DNA of 64,000 nucleotides from positions 31,186,001 to 31,250,000 of the forward strand of contig OZ024745.1 of assembly GCA_964016885.1 (NCBI GenBank), written 5' to 3'. A program made the position numbers and the translations under genes. This document shows, one piece after another, positions 1-13,770 of the stretch. Position 1 is the first letter of the stretch. The number at the start of each line of letters is the position of its first letter. The notes below the pieces were generated by a model, which was given only the letters and a program-made list of their open reading frames with translations, had not been told where the DNA came from and searched no databases. The stretch is from Eledone cirrhosa. Taxonomy: Eukaryota.

Positions 1-335
1 TTCCCAGCAATTTATTGTTTGTCTTCCTCTCTCAGCAATACTCCACTCATCAATTGGGACCATTTTCATTTCTGTTCTTTCCAGCCTTCTCTCTAACTCC
101 ACATTCATCACCCATGTCTCACTCCCATAAATCATGGTTCTTCTCACACATGCTGCTTTAGTTTCAGCAACACTCCCCTCCTTATTACCACACGATTCAG
201 TTCCTGGAAAGCCTTATATGCACTCATTCTAGATACTTTTCCAGAGTCTGATCCATCCTCTTCATTCAACATATTTCCAAGGTAACAGAACGTTTTCATG
301 CCATTCCCTAAATCCAGTTCAACATCCTTTCTATA
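1..335 (-). mobile_element. Old RTE-type LINE fragment (post-RT region)
   Basis: ORF 144-338 contains TFCYLGNML...SRMSAYKAFQEL...RGVLLKLK, homologous to SFRYLGDQI...SRIRMGWKKFKEL...KGFSLCMK of the RTE at 56850. Confidence 0.65.
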
Positions 336-354
336 CACAATTTACACTTAAATT

Positions 355-508
355 GACTCCAGTGCATTACTGGTACTTTATTTTATTGATCCCGTAAGGA
401 TAAAATGGAAAGCTAACCTTGGCGGGATTTGAATTCAGAAGGTAAAGGGCTGAAACTCTATGCCACAAAGCATGTTGTCCTATACTCTACCGGTACTACT
501 AATCCACC
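355..508 (-). mobile_element. tRNA-derived SINE, family 1 (partial)
   Basis: Matches the copies at 3657 and 53281 (ctggtactttattttat-gaccccgtaaggatgaaagg-gggatttgaa). Confidence 0.8.
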
Positions 509-1228
509 AACTTTTTTCATAATAATAATAATTGGACAATATCAATAAATAGATAGAATTAGCAAGCAATAATACATCTGAGATAAAGTGAGATGTCAAT
601 AATAAAATCAATGTTTTGTTCTAGAATACATTCGTTATCTGTGAAAATGAAAAACTTTGTAACAAAAACTGTCTGTTACAAAAACAAACATGTACTTCTT
701 CAGCAATCTGTTATGTTTGTTTATAGAAATCCTAGGCTTATCTGATGAAATATGTTATATAAAACAACAACATAATATCAAATTATTTATCTTTCAAATT
801 CATTGCCAATATAATTATTTGGTTTATTTGTGAATGAATTAGTAAGATAAATATTAATGACTTGTTAAATGGTGAGTAATTGCAATCAAAATAAAACAAA
901 ATTAAAAATTACTGTAAATACTTGAAATTAAGCAGATTTGAAAATAAGCCACTCCCCTCCCCAATCTTTTGTCTGAGAAATGGGCAACAATCCAAACCCT
1001 GTTTATAAACCAAGGCAGATAATCAACACATTGTTTAGATGTTGTATATAAGCACCCCCACCATTTTACCTCTGATTCTTTGGTCACAGATTCCTCAACT
1101 TATATTCAAGTATATACAGTACTTTTACATGTTTATATGGAATGATTATTTTTTTATTGGTTCAGAATATTTAAATCCAATTGAAGATTTTGAATCCAAA
1201 TTGCATGAAAACAATATTTTAATCTTAC

Positions 1229-1320
1229 CTTAATTCGAGACTCATCACCCATAATTTTTTCAATAAAAAGGAACAGAAGCAGTCCTGTTAGGACCCATTT
1301 TCCTGTCCATATATAGTCAT
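1229..1320 (-). CDS. SLC39A13: Next exon of the same ZIP13-like gene (TM3 region)
   Basis: Minus strand reads tttacag|AT GAC TAT...ATT AAG|gtaaga, 92 nt. It joins the upstream exon in frame (A+AT=Asn) and encodes DYIWTGKWVLTGLLLFLFIEKIMGDESRIK, matching the ZIP13 TM3 pattern GLWVIAGILTFLALEK. Confidence 0.88.
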
Positions 1321-1489
1321 CTGTAAATATATATGTAAATTGGAAATAAAAGTAAATGTATTTTAAAGAATGATTCAAAGGTTTTATCATTTGTTAACAC
1401 CAATGATGAAGCTTATTGAAAGCATTAACTAGGCTTTAATATGAACACATAGATGAAAAAGAATTGTAGACAAGCTAAAGAAGAAGCCT

Positions 1490-1680
1490 CAACATGACCA
1501 TTTGATTTGCTAGACAAAAGTAGCCAAATTTCCCTGAAATCATACTCTACCATCCTAAAAAGATGAAATTTGTGAGGCCAGGATATTGTATATGTTAAAC
1601 AAAGATGGGATGACCAAGATTCAAATGCCTTAGTTTATAAGAAAGCTTGATTAGGTCTGACCTTGGGCTAAACAACAACA
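1490..1680 (+). repeat. Unclassified dispersed repeat (ctagaaatagcagccaaa...gggctaaacaacaac)
   Basis: Related copies at about 10125-10260, 12370-12560, 17820-17980, 19965-20020 and, inverted, 27783-27925. Confidence 0.6.
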
Positions 1681-3048
1681 GAACTGTAGATATGTTATAC
1701 ATGTAGTTGCTTAGCCTCAGACCAGCTCTGATCATAGACCTGTCACAAAAGATGAGGGCAGAGGGAAAACGCTGGATGCGCCCTCTCCATCACTTTTTAA
1801 TGGTTCACTCTCAGATTTAGAAAAATTTACAGTGATTTGCTTATTCCAAAACTCCATCTCTTCCTCTCTTCTCTTCTACTCTGAATTCACTTAAAACATT
1901 TTTAATATCAAAATATTAAAAAATCGTAAATATTTTCTCCACTCATGGGAGTTTCAAAACTATGCCATAATGTGTCAATTAGCTGCCTTGGCTTATAAAC
2001 AGGGTACGGATGTTTGCCTATTTCTTAGACATAAAATAGTGGTGGTGGGATCAGCTTATATTCAAGTATCTCTGGTAGATTCCTTTCTGCATATGCTGCA
2101 GTGAAAGAAAAAAGAAAAGGTCATGCTCACAAAACACATGTGAAAGTCATTTCGATCAAATGATGCCTCTGCTTGAAGTTTTTTTAAATGAAGAAAGGCC
2201 TTGCACTGGATCAACCCCAGTTTCTGAATAACGGTGACAGTTATCCAAAAAGAAGAACAGGTCAGCATCATTAGCTGCCATTGAGTAGCAGGTTTTATAT
2301 CAGAGTTTTCCTTTTAGAATGACGTGCTAACAAGGATTTGGGGTCTCTCACTACTGGTGGGCTAATTGCATGCTTGGGCACTAAACTGAGTATTTCCATG
2401 TCCCCACACATACATACATACATACATTATACATAATTTCACATGCAAGTTTTGGGTTAACCTGACTCTATGGCAGAAAGCACTTTACAAAGGAGCCACA
2501 TATGAGATCAAATAAAGAACCTAACAATTACAAAGCAAGGTGTTTTAGCCATTCAGCTATGTTTGCAATTATTCAGACATACATCTTTTTCTTAGTCAGT
2601 TTCAACCCAGGCTGTAGTGAAAAAGTCTTTCTGCCATACATCTTAGTCAAACATCACTGCCTTGAGTTACTGGACACGGTCCAAGCCAGTGTCTTTGATC
2701 GGTTTGTCAATGTAAGTGTATCAGCGTTTTACTCTCCTTACAATTTCATGAAATGGGTTCCAAAGGACTAACTTGGACGCTTCCAGTTCAGGGTGTCTTT
2801 ATTAATGGGAAACTGCAATCTGTAGGAGTATGCAACCCTGTCAATATTAGCTACTGAAAGGCCAAAATGACAAAGTTATCAGGCACACATACAATGCGGC
2901 ATATTTACCTTCTAGTCCCAAAGTTCTATTATTGTACATTGCACCAAATTGTTTCAACTGAAGCTAGGCAGATGAGATACATTGTGAATAAAAATATGAC
3001 AAACAAATAGGACCATGCAAAACGTCCTAAGGATTTCAGTATAAGATA

Positions 3049-3233
3049 CAAGGTTCAGCTGAAAAGTTCATAGGCTTATTATGAAGGAGTGATGTAAAAT
3101 CTTGCATGCATTAATTTCAACTCTTCTCATTAATAACAGCATTGTTTTTTTTCAGGAACTTGAAAAATAAACCTCATTTGGGCATTCCATGAGAGTATCT
3201 TGGTCAGCTTATAAATCTTTCAGCCGACTCTAG
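3049..3233. mobile_element. Mariner-like MITE
   Basis: TIR consensus CGAGGGTCAGCTGAAAAGTTCATAGGCTGAC flanked by TA. Other copies at 5031-5245 and 58178-58369. Confidence 0.8.
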
Positions 3234-3656
3234 TACAATTAAAAAAACAGTAACACACCCAAAGATAATTGTTATTCTGAAAGAAGGAAGCTGAAACTGT
3301 TTGAAATAATCATCTTCAAGGAGAACACAATGTCAGAGAGAGAGGAATATTATGTTTTGTTTCGAATATCCTCAGAATAAACTAAAGAGAAAGATAAATA
3401 GTATATTACTGCACTAGAAGAATTGTTATCATTAAATCATTGACCAGTATGTTCCAGTAGATTAAGATGATATATTTTTAGATCTGTATTCAACATGGCG
3501 TTATCAATTTAATGATAATCTAGTTGAACATTTTTCTTTAGTCATTCCCCTAATATATTTGATTGGAGACGAGATTTCCAGATAACTTATTATGATATTG
3601 ATACTAGCAAGGATCAAAGACATAGCTGGGTATTTTTTGTTTCTAAATATAATAAT

Positions 3657-3837
3657 TGTTTCTATTTTAGGCACAAGGCCAGCAATTACCCAGTGCATTA
3701 CTGGTACTTTATTTTATCGATCCCGTAAGGATGAAAGGCAAAGTCAACCTCGGCGGGATTTGAACTCAGATCATAAAGGGACGTAACTATGCTGGAAAGC
3801 ATGGCGTCCGACCCTCTACCGATACTGCCAATCCACC
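3657..3837 (-). mobile_element. tRNA-derived SINE, family 1 (full length)
   Basis: Minus strand has A-box TGGCAGTATCGG and B-box GAGTTCAAATCC plus an (ATT)n tail. 18-bp TSD gtttctaaatataataat at 3639-3656 and 3838-3855. Confidence 0.9.
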
Positions 3838-3857
3838 GTTTCTAAATATAATAATAA

Positions 3858-4460
3858 CTAGCAGAATGGCCAGGCGTTGCTCGGGATTTTCTCTAGGGTT
3901 CTTATATATTTGATATATATTTATCCTTATCGAGCCTCGTGAAATAAATACGTTTGTTTATATTTTGTTATTGTGTATGCAAAAATATCTGTACACGAAT
4001 ATATATATATATATATAAAAATAACAGATTAAAGTTTAAGCAAAGAATCGCTGCTTTCACCCTTAACGGGATCTTCTGAAACTAAAAAAAATCAATCTGT
4101 GAATGCAGAAGTAAATATTTCGAAAAATGTTACACACTATATATACACACACTATATATACATATACACACACAGATAGTGTCATAATGTTGTAATGCAG
4201 ACAGCCAGACATACAGATATTATAAGGGCGCAACGTTGTAGCTATCTATCTATCTAAAAAGAAAGACTAAGAATTATAGAGAGAGATCACTAAATCACCT
4301 AATGCGGTCCCTAGGGCATTGAAAATTTGAAATTGTTTGTGCTCAAAACACTCACACGACCATAAGTATTACATGTGTAAAGTTTGAAAACAATTGGTTG
4401 GGTGGTTCTCGAGTTTTAGAGAGTTAGACAGACAGACATTCTCTGTTTTAGATATATAGA
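3858..4460 (-). mobile_element. Non-autonomous Helitron
   Basis: Minus strand begins TCTATATATCTAAAA and ends with hairpin cccgagcaacgcctgg followed by ctgCTAG. Inserted between A and T with no TSD. Confidence 0.75.
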
Positions 4461-4725
4461 TTATAGTGAAAAGCAGGATGCTTTTCATATGAAATAACTA
4501 TATATATGAGCCAAGACATGGCTGAAAAAGCAGCAGCAAAAACAACAACAATAAAAAAAAATCAGAAGATATGCTTTGGATAGGTGCTGAGTAGCAATGG
4601 TTGATCCTGTCATATGTTTTAAGTTCATCTACATCGATCAGAACCCCTCTGAAGGCAGATCTAATCTTAAGACATCTTGTAATGTCGTGCATGTGGCGGA
4701 TAGATCACTACCCTTAATTATTTCT

Positions 4726-4900
4726 AACACAGGCACAAGACCAGACATTTTGGAAAGGGGAATAGTCGATTATATCAACCCCAGTACCTGACTGATACTT
4801 TATTTAATCAACACAGGAAAGATGAAAGGTTAATTTGACCTTGACGGGATTTTAACTTAGAAGATTAAAAGCCAGAAGAGATACAAGGTAGTGTGTCCGA
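4726..4900 (-). mobile_element. Diverged SINE, family 1
   Basis: ggcacaag...tactttatttaatc...gatgaaagg...gggattt motifs are colinear with the consensus. Confidence 0.6.
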
Positions 4901-5030
4901 TGTTCTAATTAGTCTAATTCGTTCAATAGAATAATAGCACCTGCTGTACATCTGACCCTTGCTTCACATTAAAATAAACAAATACGTTTATCCTAAAATT
5001 GCTGATAGGAATACAATATACATAAAGTGA

Positions 5031-5245
5031 TGAGGGTCAGCTGAAAAGTTCATAAGCTGAAAAATACATAGGCTGACTAAGATACTCTCATGGTATGACC
5101 AAAATGAGTTTTATTTTCCAAAATAGTCCCTGGAAAGAAACAATGCAGTTATTAATAAGAAGAGTTGAAATTAATGCATGTATGATTTCAGAGCTCTAGC
5201 ATCACTCCTTCATAGTCAGCATATGTACTTTCCAGCCCACCCTCG
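5031..5245. mobile_element. Mariner-like MITE (opposite orientation to the 3049 copy)
   Basis: Same TIRs (gagggtcagctgaaaagttcat / tttccagcccaccctcg-TA) and an inverted internal sequence. Confidence 0.78.
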
Positions 5246-5761
5246 TAATTCTTGAATTCCTATCCTGCACTACATTCGTAGCAAAATGTCAATACCCTGC
5301 TGCTAAATTGGCTCCAGGTACAGTGATCTGCTCACCTTTGGCTCACTATCAATCTAAGATTAAAACAAAAACAACAAACCTGATTAGACTTTATACCTAG
5401 GATCTGTATACCAGTTATTGTCTATTTAATCTGATGCAATCTGATATTTTAAAGAGAAGCTATGGCAAATATTTCCTAATGCATTGGAATAGAAGAAGTA
5501 TATCATTTTCGTCAGAAATTTCTTAGCAGTTCTGTATAGATATTTGTATTACAGAATATAATGAAGTGAGTTCTATTTAATACCTTTGGCACTTTAGCCA
5601 TTTTGGTCACTCTACTACCTTTGTCACAGAAAATATTGATTTTTCTTGACTAGGTTCAATGTTAATTTCTTTGTTGGGAAGGAAGTATAGTTAGTTGAAT
5701 TAAAATCTAACCCACAGATAGTGCTAGTTCTGATTTTACCTACCAACCTCAAACGGGAAAT

Positions 5762-5895
5762 AATTGTTTCTACATTTGGCACAAGGCCAGCAATTACCCA
5801 GTACATTACTGGTACTTTATTTTATCGACCCCGTAAGGATGAAAGGCAAAGTGAACCTCGGTGGGATTTGAACTCAGACCATAAAGGGCTGTAAC
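5762..5895 (-). mobile_element. SINE family 1, 5'-truncated
   Basis: Near-identical to the 3' two thirds of the 3657 copy, including the B-box. Confidence 0.85.
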
Positions 5896-5968
5896 GGAAA
5901 ATAATGAACAGATCTAAGGGTTACACACACACACACACACATAAATATGTGCGTGTGTTTATATATAT

Positions 5969-6204
<236 letters not shown>

Positions 6205-7108
6205 GGAGAGGGTAATACAAATAAGAGAATAATAGAGAGAAACAGTGAGAAGAGAGTGATAGATGTAAGGGTAACAGAAAAGAGACAGTGAGTGATAGAC
6301 AGTTACATGATGATTGTTACTAAGGAGAGTGAATAGAAACAGCATAAGCTGTATAATGGGTGTGATAGAATGGAAGAGAGACTAAATGCATTTTACAGTG
6401 TTTAGTTTTAATCTTCTTGATTTTAATTCCAAAGAGAAGAGATATAAATTAGATGATATAAGATACTTTGAAGTCTCTTTTCATCCACCAAGTATTAACA
6501 AACCACCTAAAACTGCCCCTAACTCTACAATACAAAACTATTTATGCTAAAGTGTTTATATTTATATAAAACCATTCCATAATAATTTTATGTAAGAAAT
6601 TTTAAGATTTGCTCCAAACAGCAACTTAATATATATTGCTAAATTGCTCCAATGAAGTCTTTTGTGACATTTATTCCACTGAAGATATGTTGAGACAAAT
6701 ATGCTAGCCATACACAGTACAACACTGAAATTATTTTACTAATAAAGAGATACAATATTTATACTTAGCTCATGTGTTCATGCCTCCAATCATTCATACA
6801 TTATGAATCGAGCTCATTTTCTAACAATGGTCCAATTGTTCTATTTATGAAGGCTACCTATAATACACACACATACACATTCTCTCTCTTTCTCATACAC
6901 ACATATAAATATATATATAGTCAAAGGTATTAATGGAAAAATTATACTACTTTCATCAAAAAACCATATTTATTCTCTTTGCTTCTTCAAACAATTATAT
7001 ATTATATAGACATATTGAGCTATTCCTTTTTCTTAAAAACTGGCAATTACATACTATCATTTTGATTCTCTACTTTCCTTCGAGAATTGTTAATATAGTT
7101 CTATCTTT

Positions 7109-7182
7109 TCATCATCATCATCATTTTACGTCCGCTTTTCCCTGCTTGCAAGGGTGGGACGGGTCCTATTCAGCACAGCATC
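7109..7182 (-). mobile_element. Short 3'-end fragment of RTE LINE/SINE with (GAT)n tail
   Basis: Near reverse complement of 57386-57458, the 3' end of the long RTE copy. Confidence 0.8.
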
Positions 7183-7185
7183 TTT

Positions 7186-7214
<29 letters not shown>

Positions 7215-7217
<3 letters not shown>

Positions 7218-8220
7218 AGAGATGTAGTGAGATCTCAGGAAGCTTAACTAAGAATGTAGGCTTCACATGTAGCAGCTGCGCTGGGACAGCAAGCAGCAAA
7301 CAGCCACAGGAAACAAGCACCCCCAAACTCTGGGAGGGCTCTGTAGAAACTGTCGACAGTTTCTGCTCCCTAGGTGACCGAATTAGCAGCGGAGGTAGGT
7401 GTTCGGAAAGTACAATAACTAGGGTAAGAATGGGATAGAAGAAGTTCAGGGAGCTACTGCCACTGCTAGCTGCAAAAGGCTTTTCCCTCAAAATGAAAGG
7501 CAGACTGTATGATACGTGTATACGAACAGCAATGTTACATGGTAGTGAGACCAGGGCGCTGTCTGTAAAAGACTTGCGTAGATTAGAAAGAAACGAAGCC
7601 TGCATGCTCCGATGGATGTGTAATAGTAATATACGCGAATGACAAAGCATAAATGAATTGAGAGAGAGACTGAGCCTAAGAGGAATCAAATGCTGTGCAG
7701 GAGAGGTGGTTGTGTTGGTATGGACATGTGATGCATATGAAGGATGACAGCTGCATAAAAAGGTGCAGAGCACTAGAAGTCGATGGAAGCCATGGAGTGG
7801 GGAGACCCAAGAAGACCTGGGATGAGGTGATAACAGCCGACCTTACCCAATTACACCTCTGGCGTCACGCAGTAATACAGAAGACCCGACCCCCTATGAG
7901 TACAAGCCGAAAGTGAAGCATATAGGCAATATGCCCCCACCCCCTCCCACTGCAAAGTGGTTGTGGAGGTGCCATGGCAAAAAAGCACCCAGCCCACACT
8001 GTAAAGTTGATGTGGAGGTGCCACGAAAAAAAAAGCACCCAGTACTCACTGTAAATGAGGTTGGTGTTAGGAAGGGCATCCAGCTGTAGAAATCAAGCCA
8101 GAATCAGTTCCCGTATGCGCAAGACAAGGTCAGCCGACCGGCTACTGCCCACAACAGGACAACCCATCTAACCCATGCTAGCGTGGGAGAACGGCCGTAA
8201 AACGGTGATGATGATGATGA
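7215..8220 (+). mobile_element. 5'-truncated RTE LINE (C-terminal ORF, 3' UTR, (GAT)n tail)
   Basis: Encodes VETVDSFCSLGD, MLHGSET, WYGHVM and GRPKKTW with stops. The 3' UTR has a ~50-bp internal duplication and ends gatgatgatga. Confidence 0.88.
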
Positions 8221-8402
8221 CACACATTATGGACGTCCCCCATCGTAGATGTGGTATCTAGATGTGGTATAGTGATTTTACGGAATTAAAATTTACAGCA
8301 TATCTTCCAGTCCAGCCTCCTGTTGTCATTTTAAATATATATATATATATATTGGAAAATGTGTGAAATGCTTGGTACAGTTAGGTATATTTGAAAACAG
8401 GA

Positions 8403-8549
8403 AAAGAATGACTTCACTTGTAGTTCTAAACAATTTGATTTAATAACAATTTTATAATATTATAATATTATAAAATTAAATAAAATTAAATCATATTATA
8501 ATATAAAATTAAATCAAATTGTTTAGAACTACAAGTGAAGTCATTCTTT
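8403..8549. repeat. Perfect 42-bp inverted repeat with AT-rich spacer
   Basis: aaagaatgacttcacttgtagttctaaacaatttgatttaat (8403-8444) and its reverse complement (8508-8549). Confidence 0.9.
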
Positions 8550-9383
8550 AAAAATATATATATATAGTTCATTAAGACTGTTACTCTCGAGTTCTCCTGT
8601 ATGCAGGGGAAACTTCAGAGGAACTTGTCACTGAATTAGTTTTAATAAACTGTTAATCTCTACTAAAGTGTTGACTATTCACTGTTATGTTCAGCAATAC
8701 ATGTAACAATATTAAAAATTAAGAAAAAAGAATACCTACTCAAGACATGACAACATCCTGTATGCACTTGGTAGAACATGAGACCATATGTAAGTGAGAT
8801 AACAGACCTGTAGCCTGTCTTGGAGGTCAATAGCCCAGCTTCAGTACTAACTTGGTCTATATAAACCTATCCAAACATTGCTAGCAGGGAAAATGGATGT
8901 TAAAATGGTGATGATATATATATATATTTATTTAAATTTTTATTATTTCATATATATGTGGAGTACATGAAGACATATATGTACTTCGATATGTTTGTCT
9001 CTTTGCATGTACTACACACACACACACACACACATATAAAACAACAAGCATTTTTAAAAGTATATACATAAACACACAAAGACACACATATACTTACTTA
9101 CATACATTCATCGTATTGTTTAACTATTGAAACAAATGAGGTGTTAAGATGCTTACTTAGACTAAACTACTATAATTGACAAGTTCAAACATTATCTTCA
9201 CATTTAATCAAAAAAGTTTACATAATTTGACATGTCTTAGTCTGCTTGCTGAAACAACACTTCATGATAAGAATACCTAGAAACCACAACTAAAAAAACT
9301 AAGACAAATGCCTGTTGCTAAGGAGGAAGATGTAAAAAATAATAAGTACACAGAGAGTAAAATCAATTCTTTATAATTAAATA

Positions 9384-9731
9384 CAGTGAAACCTCGGTTC
9401 ACAAACAATTTTTCCAAACATAAAACATCTCAGTTCATGAACGGTGACTCGAGTAACAAACATGCTAGCCAGCAATAATGGTTGGCAACAAGCTTGGATT
9501 ATCGGCAGGAAAGTGTCACATGCTATGTAGTTAGTTACTATGGTGATATCTATCTGTCTTTCTTTCACACACAGCCTCTCTCTCTCACTATATTTCTTTC
9601 ACACACAGCCTCTCTCTCTCACTATATTTCTCTCTCAACACTTGGCATGGGAAAAATAGTTGGTTTACAAAATGTTCAAGTGATGAACAGCCTTCAGGAA
9701 CCAATTACATTCGTGAACCAAGGCTTCACTG
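9384..9731. mobile_element. Tc1/mariner (Tigger/pogo-like) MITE
   Basis: TA-CAGTGAAACCTCGGTTCAC ... GTGAACCAAGGCTTCACTG-TA terminal inverted repeats with TA duplication. Confidence 0.8.
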
Positions 9732-10327
9732 TATTTCTGATATACATTACTATTGATTTCTTACATTAGCACAAGGCCTCAATGTATATGAGCGGAATAG
9801 GTATATCCAGTAGTAGATATGTGTCAAAGACATGCCAACATACCTAGTGCTGGTGCCATGATTAAATACAATTGGTAGAGCACAGGAATGTATGAGGGTG
9901 AGATGTGACCCTTTTGGCCCATCTGAGTGTTCAGTAACCCCCATATGAGAACTGGCCCAGTCTGTGACAACCTGGAATAGGTATATCCAGTGAAATCAAC
10001 TCCAGTACTTGACTGGAACCCAGAAAGAACTCAAAGTGTAAACAGTTGTAACCAAATGCTCCAAGATATTTTCCAATGTTTAAATCAATTTGCCAATCCA
10101 TCAGCCTAATTAATATATGACACACTAGAAATAACAGCCAAGTCTTCATCAAATCCTATCCTACCATCGTATATTAGGACAGGACACATTAGAAAATGTC
10201 ATCCTATATCATCATCATCATCAACACTGCCAGGGTTGACCTGGGGCTAAACAACGACATTACTAATGATGTCTTATAAAGGCACAAAGCCTGAAATGTG
10301 GGAGATGGGTGCAGCTAATTAGGTTAA

Positions 10328-10436
10328 AGGCTTAGTGGTTAGAGAACTGGATTCACAATAAAGAGGTTGCAAGTTCAATTCCTGGACTGGGTGATGTGTA
10401 ATGTCCTTAAGCAAGACATTTTATTTCACATTGTTC
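10328..10436 (+). mobile_element. tRNA-derived SINE, family 2 (head only)
   Basis: A-box GGCTTAGTGG, B-box AGTTCAATTCC, homologous to the 18421 copy. Confidence 0.7.
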
Positions 10437-10544
10437 CTTCTGCCAGGAGTTGTGACCAGCATTATTTCCTTGGTCTGATTTGACAAGCTCCACTCCACCC
10501 GGTAAGCAAATGAGGTCTGGGATTTTGTTGATTGTTTCTAATTA

Positions 10545-10885
10545 GTTTAATCTCAGTACTCAACTGGTACTTATTTTATTGAACCTGAGAAGAATGAATA
10601 GCAAAATCGCCTTAACCCTTTAGTATTTAAACCGGCTGTATCTGGCCAGAATTCTCCCACCTCTTTCTGTTCAAACTGGCAACTCATGCTGATGTTAAGG
10701 TATTGTTTCTCAAAATAAATAATATCAAAATCTAGTAGATTCGATACTATGTGAGATAATTATGTGAAAATATAATAGTAATGTAAATGCTAAAGGGTTA
10801 AGCAAGATTTGAACTTGAGAGTCTGAAGGTATGCAACTAATTACTCTAAAACATTTTCTTTGTTATTCTACTAATTTCTGCAAAT
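10545..10885 (-). mobile_element. Old SINE family 1 copy split by a piggyBac-like MITE
   Basis: SINE motifs run up to TTAA at 10612 and resume (gcaagatttgaact) after TTAA at 10798. Confidence 0.65.
10616..10797. mobile_element. piggyBac-like MITE
   Basis: TTAA-CCCTTTAGTATTTA ... TAAATGCTAAAGGG-TTAA: TTAA TSD and CCC/GGG termini. Confidence 0.85.
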
Positions 10886-11379
10886 CCCTTGTTGTTTCAT
10901 TATCCTCATTTTACACCCTAATTTCTAATACAGGCCCATTAACTTACATTGGGGTGAGTGGTATGGCCAATTTAATCAACCCCATAATTTGACTAGCATT
11001 GCATTTGATTGAATCTTGGAAGAATGAAAAACAGCCAGCTTTCGTGGGCTTTAGTATCAAAGTATAAGGTACACAATTAAATACTTCAAAACATTATGCC
11101 TGCCACCAATTTTCCAATGCATCGCACTTGATACACATTAATATTGATTTCTGATATAGATATTGTGTCCAAGCCAAATTTTCTAAAGATGCTGCTGCTG
11201 CTTTTCATGCCATTATGTCCAAAGGCAATTTGTTTACCTGTCTAACTCATGCAAGTATGGAAAAGCAAATGTAAAATGATGATGATGATGATCTCTTGGT
11301 CCAAACCCACCCACCCTCTTCATTAGCTCTACTGTGGTGATGGTGGTGGGGTGTACACTTTTCTTTTTTTATCCATACT

Positions 11380-11810
11380 CTTTAGAATAAGGTAAAATAA
11401 TGCAAGCCCAAGCAATACATTTTGGGTTAACAGTGTTGTTGTTCATGAGAGTGAGACATAGAGCAACAGAGAAGGCTAGAAAGAATGGAAATGAAAATTG
11501 TTTAGTAGATGAGCAGTGTATCGATGAGAGAAGAAATAAACAACAAATTGCAGAGGATGGTGGGAATAGAGTTAGTGATGAATATTGTAAAAGGAAATTG
11601 AATGAGATGGATGGGTCATGTGTTGAGGAAGGATGAAAGTGACTAGGTATGGTAGGAAGAGTGATAGAAATGAGTCTGGGGGGAAGTAGAGGAAGGGGAA
11701 AACCAAATACAATATGTCTAAAAATGATAGAGAAGGAAATGAGACCCAGGGAGTTGGTGATGGAGTATGCAGAGGATAGGGCAAAATGGAGAAGCTTGTC
11801 ATAAGGCCTG
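11380..11810 (+). mobile_element. Highly decayed LINE (RTE-like) C-terminal fragment
   Basis: agatggatgggtcatgtgttgaggaag (RWMGHVLRK) and agaggaaggggaaaacca (RGRGKP) motifs. Confidence 0.5.
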
Positions 11811-13770
11811 CAAGGCTTACCAGTGCTTTAGCAGGGAAAATAGTCTTAAAGTGATTGTTAGCTCTGATTTAACAGACCTATAATCAAAGGTAGACTGTTA
11901 AGAACATAAGACAAAATGTGTTGGGGTATTTGTTTAAGCTTTCAGTAATCTGAGTTCAAATCTTGCCAAAATCCAGTTTAACCCCACTATTTGACCCTTG
12001 AGTGGTTTAAGCAAACTCCAGTCTATTGCAAGCATTCAGGTCAGGTCTCTGGTTTGAGGATACCTTCCACTATCCCTGAAAAGTCACCCTTCTTGACTAA
12101 ACTGTTAAAACAAGGGGGCATTAGTTCAAGCCTTAGTCAGTAGTATTTTTCAACAGTAAATCCTTCAAAATTTGTCAATAATTAATTGAAATAATGTGTA
12201 TTTCATTAGATATACAATCACAAAAGGGTTAAGCTATGTAATTTTATGGAATAAAGAGGATCAGTGAAATAGCAGTAGCAGCAGTAGTAGTAATAGTAGT
12301 AGTAGCAGTAGTACTGTCATAAAGTCCTCTATACCAACAATGGAAATGAGAGAACTTCGATATAATTGTTTGACAAACCGCTAGAAATAGTTCCAAAATT
12401 TTCTTCAAATCACAGATCACCATCATAAAAACAAATAAGGACATATTAGATAATGTATTTTTTTTAATGCTCCTAAAAATATGGGCTGATCACACTTGGG
12501 ATGCTTTTTATTATAAGTCTGCTTCATTTTAGTTGACCTGGGGTTAAACAACAACAAAAACAGAATTAGCTGAAGTGAAATTTAAGGGGTTCAACAAGAA
12601 GATATCGATTAAATAAAACCTACGAATAATTACTAGTGTTGATATGATTGACTAAATCCTTTCAAAATATTGTGCTCCAGCATGGCCACAGTCTCATGAC
12701 TGAAACCAGTTAAGGTAAAAAAATAAAATTAAATTAAAAAAGAAAACTTAAACAAACAAACCAACAAACAAACTAACAAAACAATTCCATTTGCCCTTTT
12801 ACCCACCAGACAAATTGTACTTTAGGTTAGGAATAACTATTCATTCTTTCCAGCAGATGTCAGAATCTGCAATGATTTCAACACAGAAGTCAGTGAACTC
12901 CCCCACTCCACCCTCTCTCATTGAAATCTTTCATATTGGTGAATACCATTTCTATTGATTTATCTGTTTATTGAATTGACTATCTTCTTTTTATTTATCA
13001 AAGTTAACTTTGGGGAACAATAAATCTGATAAGATAGAGAGAATTTGTATTTTTTAGTTAAATGGTAATACCATTGAAGGTGGAGGAGTGGTGGAAGGGG
13101 AAGGAGAGGATGGAGGAGCGAGAGGAAGGAGGATGGAGAGTGAGAGAGGGGATGGTTAGGTAGGCAAGGAACATATGTGTACCTGTGTATCAGAGAGAGA
13201 GATATATATAGATATATGTATAGAGAGAGACGAGAAAGACAGAGAGAGAGAGAGAGAAATACAAATGCTCAAAGAAACAGAAAGAATGGTAGTGAGAAAG
13301 GCAAAGAATATAAGAAACAAACAGACAAACATATGTATGTATGCATATATATATATATTTATAATAGGAGTGTATATGAAATCATATATTATATGTTTAT
13401 ATATTATAAACATATTGGTAGGCTTGCTATCAAAGAAAAAATATTTTTTCATAACAAAAAAATTGTTTTTCTTTATTTTACTCTGTGAACATGTCACAGA
13501 GTGTCAGTAGCAGTCAAGAATGTTAGACAGTGTGTTTCAAGCCTGCTTATATATATAACCATTAGATCAGTTACAGGCATCATATTCTGGAATTTATCAT
13601 TGAAACGGCCATATAAGTGAACTTTAGACAATTTTGCTAATGCCAGACAGAAGGTGGACTGGGTATGTTTTGTCATGTCACAAGCATGACAACCTTACAT
13701 GGTAAACTGAGTGTTTTCCGTGTGACCAACATGACCATTTTATAGGCATGATCGACTATGTGCTTTGTTG

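Noticed and set aside
1069-1097. Possible micro-exon (ESVTKESE, then gtaaaa) downstream of the 1229 exon
   Set aside because: The in-frame acceptor would be a rare GAG without a pyrimidine tract, and the alternative AAG acceptor gives a stop. It cannot be supported without RNA data.
3657-3837. tRNA gene
   Set aside because: A and B boxes are present but there is no cloverleaf. It is multi-copy with TSDs and a tail, so it is a SINE head.
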